In this document: positions 16,609 through 23,082 of the stretch, in pieces
How the letters are laid out: each line of letters starts with the position of its first letter
Numbering within the stretch: position 1 is the stretch's first letter
DNA from: Oscillospiraceae bacterium
GTDB lineage: Bacteria; Bacillota; Clostridia; Oscillospirales; CAG-272
Assembly: GCA_015063795.1 (NCBI GenBank)
Contig: SVTL01000003.1
Span: 29,328-93,327 of the forward strand
Direction of reading: 5' to 3'
Length of the DNA stretch: 64,000 nt
The notes under the pieces: model-generated
What the model saw: the letters and a program-made list of their open reading frames with translations, nothing else
Database searches by the model: none
Told to the model about the DNA's origin: nothing
Program-made: the position numbers and the translations under genes

Positions 16609-16617
16609 GAAGCGGGG

Positions 16618-16983
16618 ATGGAAGGAAACGATCTGAACGGCCTGCTGGGCAGTCTGCTGTCCGATCCGAAGGCCATGGAGAGCATAAAGCAGGTGGCCGA
16701 AACGCTGAAAGCAAGCGGAGGTCCGTCGGCGGAGGCGGCAAAGCGTCAGGGGGACGAGAAGGGCGGAGATGCAGAGAAAAAGGACACACCGCCCGCCCTG
16801 CCGACACCCAAAAGCGGCGGCAAGAACAAAACAAGCGAGCTGACCGCCCTGCTCACGGCGGTGAAGCCCTTTGTGAGCAAGGAAAAGGGCAGGACGGTGG
16901 ATGACGCCATCGGCATCCTGCGCCTGATCGGGCTCAGCGGACAGACCGACCTGCTGAAGAGCTTAGGCGGACTTCTGCGGTAA
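16618..16983 (+). CDS. hypothetical small protein
   Basis: 121 aa. LNGLLGSLLSDPKAMESIKQVAETL ... LTALLTAVKPFVSKEKGRTVDDAIGILRLIGL. 9-nt gap after the previous gene. Confidence 0.5.
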   Translation: MEGNDLNGLLGSLLSDPKAMESIKQVAETLKASGGPSAEAAKRQGDEKGGDAEKKDTPPALPTPKSGGKNKTSELTALLTAVKPFVSKEKGRTVDDAIGILRLIGLSGQTDLLKSLGGLLR

Positions 16984-17000
16984 AGAAAGGAGCGAGAGCG

Positions 17001-17537
17001 ATGTACATGAGAGCCTACCCATCCGACAACCGCAAGCGGGAGGTGGTGATCCCGCCCACCTACGGCGGAACGGCCATGGAGCGGAGAGGACCGTCCGAGG
17101 AGAGCGTCCGCGAGTCAAACGGGGAGCGATCCCGCGCACAGACGGAGGAAAACGGGGAGCGTGTCCGTCCGCACACGGAGGAAAACGGACGGCGGAGCGC
17201 ACCGCCATTCAAGGTATCGCCGTCGGCCGCGGGACTGCTTTTGCCGCGGTATGACAGCGAAAACGGCGCGGGGCTGGAGCGGCTGGCGGCGGAGGATGCG
17301 GGGTATTCCTTCCGTACACAGCAAAACGCCGGGCGCGGAAGCCGGGTGTCTCTGCCAAAGGAAAGAGCCGATGCCCGTCAAAAAGAGGAAATGAGTCTGC
17401 CTTCTCTGAAAAGGCTGTTCGGCGAGGGCGAGCTCAGCGAAACGACGCTGGTGGCGCTGCTGCTCCTGCTTTTGGGCATGGGCGAAGAAAACGGAACGCC
17501 GCTTCTGCTTCTCGGTCTGCTTCTGCTGCTGAGCTGA
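17001..17537 (+). CDS. hypothetical protein with 11-aa TEENGER repeats and a Leu-rich hydrophobic C-terminal tail
   Basis: 178 aa. Good RBS (aaaggag, 8-nt spacing). 33-bp repeat around 17116-17200. C-terminus TTLVALLLLLLGMGEENGTPLLLLGLLLLLS. Confidence 0.5.
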   Translation: MYMRAYPSDNRKREVVIPPTYGGTAMERRGPSEESVRESNGERSRAQTEENGERVRPHTEENGRRSAPPFKVSPSAAGLLLPRYDSENGAGLERLAAEDAGYSFRTQQNAGRGSRVSLPKERADARQKEEMSLPSLKRLFGEGELSETTLVALLLLLLGMGEENGTPLLLLGLLLLLS

Positions 17538-17548
17538 CAGCAAGACGG

Positions 17549-17588
17549 CAAGGGACTGCTTTTTTCAAAAAGCGGTCCTTTTTTTTAT
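17549..17588 (+). terminator. Rho-independent terminator after the small-gene trio, abutting the helicase stop
   Basis: aagggactgct / agcggtcctt stem (one bulge, one G-U pair) followed by a T-run. Confidence 0.65.
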
Positions 17589-19801
17589 GTGTCCTCCCGC
17601 GCGATCTGCTCCAGCCGCAGCTCCAGCTCAGCCGTGTTGAGCTTGTCGAGCGCATAGGCCTCGCGGAGCAGGGAGGCAGGGACATTGGGATCGTATTTTT
17701 CAAACACAGGCGCTTCGCTTCCGCCCACCAGACGGAAGGGATCGATGCCGAAGGAGGCTTTTTCGGCCAGACGCTGCTTGAGCAAGCGGCCGTTCCCCTT
17801 TTCCATTTTGAACGAGAGGTAGTAGCAGCCCTCAAATTCGAGCGAGTGGATGCCGAATTCGCCTGCATTCTGTGCAAGGAAGCGGCGGAAGGCACGGAAG
17901 GCGCGGGTGCCCAGCCAGGGGAAGGCGCACCAGGTATAGCCGCCGAGGCAGACGACCGAGTTTTCCAGCATTCCGGTGTTGGCGGCCAGCGCACGGGCGG
18001 CCTGCAGACGGTGGACGGCATTGGGCTTGAGGTAGGGGTAGACCGTGCCCTCGGCCAAAACCTGCTTCATGCGTTCGAGAATGCGGGTGTGAACCTCGCC
18101 GTAATCGCCCGGCCAGGAGATCTCCATCTTGCCCTCCACCTGCTTGACAAAGATCAGGCGGCGGCGGACGTCCAGCTCTTCTACCTCCCACACGCGCCCG
18201 GCCAGCGCAAAGCGGTCGCCTACGGGGGGAGGGGTGGTGATGGTGCCGATCTCGTCGGCCTCGTGGCGGACGGTGAAGTCCTCGCTGTCCTTGAACACGG
18301 CGTAAAACTTAAAGGAGTTGATCAGCTTTTCCCCCTTGATGCCCACGATCAGTCCCTTTTCCTCGGTCATTTCCAAAAAGTCGCCCCGCACCATAGACAC
18401 CAGCAGCTCCTTGTACTGCTCCTTGCTCACCTCCTCAAAGGGGGGGAGCGTCAGCAGACGGGAGGCGAGGGCCTTCGGCGTCAGTTCACCGGAGGAGGCG
18501 AGAACGCTGAGCGTCTGCTGGAAGAGCAGGCTGAAGGGGAGCTTGCGGCGTGAGGGCGGCTCGATGAAGCGCTCCTCGATGTAGAGCTGGATGATGGCGA
18601 TGGCCTTCAGCAGCGACCAGGGGATCAGCTGGGGCAGGGGCGTGTTGGGCAGCGGGTCCTCCTCGCGGAAGATCATCATCATTTCGGGCGGATCGCCGCG
18701 TCTGCCGCTTCGTCCCAGACGCTGGAGGAAGGAGGAGACGCTGTTGGGCGATTCCTGCTGAATGATCCGCTCCAGCCGTCCGATGTCGATGCCCAGCTCC
18801 AGCGTGACGGTGGCGCAGGTGACATTCTGCATCTCCTCGTCCTTAAGCTTGGCCTCGGCTTCCTCGCGGATGGCGGCGGACAGATTGCCGTGGTGGATGT
18901 TGAAGATGTCGGGGTCGCCCCGCAGACGGGCGATCTGGCGCAGGGTGGAGGTGATGTATTCGGTCTCCTCGCGGGAGTTGGAGAAGATCAGCGTTTTCTT
19001 GGGCTTGGCGCAGTCGTAGATGTATTCGTAGCCTGCGTCAAAGGCGTAGGCGGCTTCGGATGCCTTTTTCTCGGCAGGCGTCTGGTCGGCGTTTTCGTTT
19101 TGAATGTAGAAATGCTCCAGCCCCAGCCGCCAGCGGAGCTTGGGATCGCCGGGGGAGGGGATGGCCACCTCCACCTGCCGTCCGCCCTTCAGCCATTCGG
19201 CGGCGGGGAGGGTATCGCCCAGCGTGGCGGACAGGCCGATGCGCCGCGGCGAATGACCGATCAGCCGCTCCAGCCGTGCCAGCAGACAAAGGATCTGGTT
19301 GCCGCGGTCGGTGCTGATGAGGGTGTGGATCTCGTCGATGACCACAAAGCGCAGGTCGGAGAAGAGACGGATGACATCGTTGGAGCGGTTCATCAGCATG
19401 CTTTCCAGCGATTCGGGGGTGATCTGCAGAAGCCCTGAGGGCTCTTCGAGAGCCTTGGTTTTATGCGAAACGGACACATCGCCGTGCCAGTGGTAGACCG
19501 GCATCCCCGTCATGTCCAGCAGCTCGTCGATGCGGGAAAACTGGTCGTTGATCAGGCTTTTGAGGGGGGCGATGTAGAGAGCGCCGAAGGAGGCAGGCGG
19601 CTTGTCGTAAAGAAGCGAGATGATCGGAAACAGCGCCGCTTCGGTCTTGCCGGAGGCGGTGGAGGAGGTGAGGAGGAGATCGTGATCGGTGTCGAAGATC
19701 ACCTTGGCCGCCTCAACCTGGATAGGATGCAGCTCATTCCAGCCGCTGCGGTAGATAAAATCGCGGATGAAGGGAGAAAAACGCTCAAAAACGCCGCTCA
19801 T
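17585..19801 (-). CDS. DEAD/DEAH-box (Lhr-like) ATP-dependent helicase
   Basis: 738 aa from ATG 19801 (MSGVFERFSPFIRDF, RBS aaaggag). TSSTASGKTEAA (Walker A), VVIDEIH (DExH), SATL, HHGNLS, QRLGRSGRR. The track ORF to 20539 is a spurious extension. Confidence 0.88.
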   Translation of the reverse strand: MSGVFERFSPFIRDFIYRSGWNELHPIQVEAAKVIFDTDHDLLLTSSTASGKTEAALFPIISLLYDKPPASFGALYIAPLKSLINDQFSRIDELLDMTGMPVYHWHGDVSVSHKTKALEEPSGLLQITPESLESMLMNRSNDVIRLFSDLRFVVIDEIHTLISTDRGNQILCLLARLERLIGHSPRRIGLSATLGDTLPAAEWLKGGRQVEVAIPSPGDPKLRWRLGLEHFYIQNENADQTPAEKKASEAAYAFDAGYEYIYDCAKPKKTLIFSNSREETEYITSTLRQIARLRGDPDIFNIHHGNLSAAIREEAEAKLKDEEMQNVTCATVTLELGIDIGRLERIIQQESPNSVSSFLQRLGRSGRRGDPPEMMMIFREEDPLPNTPLPQLIPWSLLKAIAIIQLYIEERFIEPPSRRKLPFSLLFQQTLSVLASSGELTPKALASRLLTLPPFEEVSKEQYKELLVSMVRGDFLEMTEEKGLIVGIKGEKLINSFKFYAVFKDSEDFTVRHEADEIGTITTPPPVGDRFALAGRVWEVEELDVRRRLIFVKQVEGKMEISWPGDYGEVHTRILERMKQVLAEGTVYPYLKPNAVHRLQAARALAANTGMLENSVVCLGGYTWCAFPWLGTRAFRAFRRFLAQNAGEFGIHSLEFEGCYYLSFKMEKGNGRLLKQRLAEKASFGIDPFRLVGGSEAPVFEKYDPNVPASLLREAYALDKLNTAELELRLEQIAREDT

Positions 19802-19848
19802 AGGGAGTCTCCTTTCGGGTGAAAGAGGATGGATGTCCTTGTATGCAA

Positions 19849-19877
19849 AGTATATCACAAAAGATGAAATTTGTAAA
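19849..19877 (-). promoter_or_regulatory. promoter of the helicase gene
   Basis: Minus strand TTTACA (plus 19872-19877), 17 nt, TGa-TATACT (plus 19849-19854). Confidence 0.55.
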
Positions 19878-19894
19878 GCATCCGCTTTCCTCCC

Positions 19895-19923
19895 TTTACA
19901 AATGCAGGGATGTGTGGTATAAT
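19895..19923 (+). promoter_or_regulatory. promoter of the ABC permease cluster
   Basis: TTTACA (19895-19900), 17 nt, TGg-TATAAT (19918-19923). Confidence 0.6.
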
Positions 19924-20158
19924 GAAGGGTACAGATCAAAAACAAAAAAATCCGATGGATTAAGACAATCTTAAGGAAAAAAACGGGAACCTGAACCCCC
20001 TTTTGTCCGTCAAAAGAAAAAACAAACGCCGCGCCGCGAAAAAAACGAGAAACAGGAAACAGGGTATGACCGCAAGAGAGCAGAAAACGCTGCCAAAAAA
20101 CGAGGCAAGACGCCCGAACAGGAAAGCGAAGCCGCAAAAGAGTAAGAAAAACCGAATC

Positions 20159-21025
20159 ATGCGATCCGAGCGGGGGGAGAAGGGACGAACCCTGCTGTTT
20201 TTGCTGCCCAGCCTGCTGGGTGTTTTGGTGTTTTTTGTCATCCCCTTCTGCATCGTCATCTATCAGTCTCTGATCCGCAATCCCTTCCTGCAGGAGTTTG
20301 TGGGGCTGGATAACTACATCCGTCTTTTCAACAATTCCTCCTTTATGCAGGCGCTGAAGAACACGGGCGTGTTCACGGCGGTGGCAGTTCCCTTGGCGGT
20401 GCTGATCCCGCTTCTGCTGGCGCTTCTGTTGGACAGAAGGATCCCCGGCGCCAGCATCTTTCGCACCATTCTCATCAGTCCGCTGATGGTGCCGGTGGCA
20501 TCGATCGTGCTGATCTGGCAGGTGCTGTTTGACTACCACGGCGCGATCAACGAGATGATCGGTGCCTTCGGTGCTCTGCCCATCGACTGGTTCAAGAGCG
20601 AGTGGAGCATTTTGGTGGTGGTGCTGCTGTTTTTGTGGAAGAACATCGGATACAACATGATCCTGTTCATGGCCGCATTGGGCAATGTTCCCAAGGAAAT
20701 CTCCGAGGCGGCGATTTTAGACGGCGCGGGTGGCTGGCAGGTCTTCCGCCGCATCAAGCTGCCCTATCTCTCCTCGTCGATCATCTTCGTGGCGATCTTG
20801 TCCATCATCAATTCCTTCAAGGTCTTCCGCGAGGTCTATCTGCTCACGGGCGACCATCCGTATGAAACACTCTACCTGGTCCAGCACTTTATGAACAACG
20901 TCTTCCGCAACGTGGACTATCAGAAGCTGTCGGCGGCGGCGATCATCATGTGCGCGGCGGTGGCGCTGATCGTCGGCATCATGCTCATCGCCGATGACAA
21001 GATGGGAGGCAGCATTGAAGACTGA
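20159..21025 (+). CDS. carbohydrate-type ABC importer permease (MalF/BPD family)
   Basis: Six or more TM helices with the EAA loop EAAILDGAGGWQVFRRIKLPYL. ATG 20159 gives MRSERGEKGRTLLFLLPSLLG, a typical N-terminus. The ORF opens at TTG 20003 with a very basic 52-codon extension, so the start is uncertain. Confidence 0.8.
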   Translation: MRSERGEKGRTLLFLLPSLLGVLVFFVIPFCIVIYQSLIRNPFLQEFVGLDNYIRLFNNSSFMQALKNTGVFTAVAVPLAVLIPLLLALLLDRRIPGASIFRTILISPLMVPVASIVLIWQVLFDYHGAINEMIGAFGALPIDWFKSEWSILVVVLLFLWKNIGYNMILFMAALGNVPKEISEAAILDGAGGWQVFRRIKLPYLSSSIIFVAILSIINSFKVFREVYLLTGDHPYETLYLVQHFMNNVFRNVDYQKLSAAAIIMCAAVALIVGIMLIADDKMGGSIED

Positions 21026-21953
21026 ACAGACCAAGCGTACCAAGCGCTTTTTTACCTACAACCGTTCGCTGAAGATCAAAAAGGGGCTGTATGCCTTCTT
21101 CGCTCTGCTGCTTTTGATCCCGGTGGCGGTGGCTTTCCTGGCACCGACGGTGCTGACCATCACCAATTCCTTTATGGACAAGAGCGAGATCACCGCCAAT
21201 TACGGCCTGATCTTCGAGGATGCGGCGCTGGGCGGCGGCTACATCAGCGAGCGTGTGAATCTGAAGCTGATCCCCGACATCGTCAGCTTCTCGCAGTATA
21301 ACACCTTCCTCATCAAAAGCCCCCAGTACCTGCTGAAATTCTGGAATTCGATGATCCTGGTCCTGCCCATCGTCGTTTTCCAGATCCTGATCGCTCTGGG
21401 CGCGGCATATTGCTTTGCCCGCTTCAAGAGCCGCTTCCGCTCCTTTGTTTTCTTTTTCTATATCATTCTGATGATGATGCCCTACCAGGTCACGCTGGTG
21501 CCCAACTACATGGTGGCGGATTTTCTGGGGCTGCTGGAAACGCGGTGGTCGATCATCCTGCCCGGCATCTTTTCTCCCTTCAGCGTGTTCATCCTCACCA
21601 AGTATATGAGGCGCATCCCGAAAGCGGTCATCGAGGCGGCAAAGCTGGACGGCGTGGGTGAATGGTCGATGTTCACGCGCATCTTCGTGCCCATGAGCAA
21701 GAGCACCATCTATTCGGTTGCGATTTTGGTGTTCATCGACTATTGGAACATGGTCGAGCAGCCGCTGGTGCTTCTGCGCGCAACGCCCGACCTGCATCCG
21801 CTGAGCGTCTTTCTCTCGCAGATCAACGCGGGGGATGTGGGGCTGGCCTTCGCGGTGGCAACGGTGTATATGGTTCCCACCCTGCTGCTGTTTTTGTACA
21901 GCGAGGACTACCTCATCGAGGGCATTTCCTATGCCGGCGGCGTGAAAGCCTGA
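20994..21953 (+). CDS. carbohydrate-type ABC importer permease (MalG/BPD family)
   Basis: EAA loop EAAKLDGVGEWSMFTRIFVPM. The start could be TTG 21015, preceded by gggagg with 5-nt spacing. Confidence 0.82.
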   Translation: MTRWEAALKTEQTKRTKRFFTYNRSLKIKKGLYAFFALLLLIPVAVAFLAPTVLTITNSFMDKSEITANYGLIFEDAALGGGYISERVNLKLIPDIVSFSQYNTFLIKSPQYLLKFWNSMILVLPIVVFQILIALGAAYCFARFKSRFRSFVFFFYIILMMMPYQVTLVPNYMVADFLGLLETRWSIILPGIFSPFSVFILTKYMRRIPKAVIEAAKLDGVGEWSMFTRIFVPMSKSTIYSVAILVFIDYWNMVEQPLVLLRATPDLHPLSVFLSQINAGDVGLAFAVATVYMVPTLLLFLYSEDYLIEGISYAGGVKA

Positions 21954-21956
21954 CGG

Positions 21957-22057
21957 GGGGTGCCCCTGCGGGGCGCGATATGCCCCTGATGGGGCGCGAT
22001 ATGCCTCTGCGAGGCGCGATATGTCCCTGCGGGACGCGATATGCCCCTGCGGGGCAC
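21957..22057. repeat. about 4.5 tandem copies of a 20-21-bp unit (GCGCGATATG + CCCCTGCGGGG)
   Basis: Read directly: cccctgcggggcgcgatatg / cccctgatggggcgcgatatg / cctctgcgaggcgcgatatg / tccctgcgggacgcgatatg / cccctgcggggcac. Each unit holds small hairpins (CCCC-TGC-GGGG; GGGGC-GCGATAT-GCCCC). Confidence 0.95.
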
Positions 22058-22676
22058 TTGCACAGCCGAACGAAGTGAGGCTATATCGCGCGAGCGGAGC
22101 GAGCATATCGCGTGAGAGAATCGAACATATCGCGCGAGCGAAGCGAGTATATCGCCAAAAAAGGAAAAAAGCCATGAAAGAAAAAACGATCAAGGAGCTG
22201 GCGGTTGATTGATTGTTGAAGCGACCGCTGTGTGTAACCATCGCACAGCCGAACGAAGTGAGGCTATATCGCGCGAGCGGAGCGAGCATATCGCGTGAGA
22301 GAATCGAACATATCGCGCGAGCGAAGCGAGTATATCGCCAAAAAAGGAAAGAACATGAAAGAAAAAACGATTAAGGAGCTAGCGGTTGATTGATTGTTGA
22401 AGCGACCGCTGTGTGTAACCACCGCACAGCCGAACGAGGTGAGGCTATATCGCGCGAGCGAAGCGAGCATATCGCCAAAAAAGGGAAAAAGCCATGAAAG
22501 AAAAAACGATCAAGGAGCTGGCGGTTGATTGATTGTTGAAGCGACCGCTGTGTGTAACCACCGCACAGCCGAACGAAGTGAGGCTATATCGCGCGAGCGG
22601 AGCGAGCATATCGCGTGAGAGAATCGAACATATCGCGCGAGCGAAGCGAGTATATCGCCAAAAAAGGGAAAAAGCC
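22058..22676. repeat. four tandem copies (183, 181, 139 bp, plus the last copy fused to the intact gene) of the upstream region and first 12 codons of the four-helix-bundle gene
   Basis: cacagccgaacga(a/g)gtgagg recurs at 22061, 22244, 22425 and 22564. Each unit contains a 22-bp-periodic ATATCGCG segment, an RBS and ATGAAAGAAAAAACGAT(C/T)AAGGAGCT(G/A)GCGGTTGAT. In copies 1-3 this is followed by TGA (mini-ORFs 22174..22212, 22355..22393, 22494..22532). Confidence 0.95.
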
Positions 22677-23018
22677 ATGAAAGAAAAAACGATCAAGGAG
22701 CTGGCGGTTGATCTGACCGTTGAGGCTACGTTTGCCTGTGATCAAATCAAGGGGAAAACGGTATTTACCAATCAGCTTCTCCGTTCCTGCTCCTCCATCG
22801 GAGCCAATGCCCATGAAGCCAAATACGCGCAAAGCAAAGCCGATTTTATCAGCAAATTGGAGATCGCATTGAAAGAGTGCTACGAAACCGAGTATTGGCT
22901 GGAGCTTTTATATAAGATCGGTGCGCTGGATCCGATGCGGTATAGCGAACTGAATGAGATGTGCGGAACCATTCGGCGAAAGCTCATCGCTTCGGTAACT
23001 ACGGCAAAAAAGAATTGA
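22677..23018 (+). CDS. four-helix-bundle protein (23S rRNA intervening-sequence protein / Avd-like family)
   Basis: 113 aa. QLLRSCSSIGANAHEAKYAQSKADFISKLEIALKECYETEYWLELL matches the family pattern (QL.RS..SI.AN..E......DF..K..IA.KE..ET.YWL.L). Confidence 0.75.
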   Translation: MKEKTIKELAVDLTVEATFACDQIKGKTVFTNQLLRSCSSIGANAHEAKYAQSKADFISKLEIALKECYETEYWLELLYKIGALDPMRYSELNEMCGTIRRKLIASVTTAKKN

Positions 23019-23082
23019 GCGAGATCGATTTACCATTATACATCGAAAAGCCCGAAACGGACACATAAGAAAGGACACAACC

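Noticed and set aside
19802-20539. N-terminal 246-codon extension of the helicase ORF (984-aa track ORF)
   Set aside because: The extension runs antisense through the permease gene and across two promoters. A strong RBS plus ATG at 19801 gives a canonical helicase N-terminus.
21954-22700. CRISPR array or DGR template/variable repeat pair next to the Avd-like four-helix-bundle gene
   Set aside because: The repeats are contiguous with no unique spacers, so this is not CRISPR. No reverse transcriptase is nearby, and differences between copies are not adenine-specific, so this is not a DGR.
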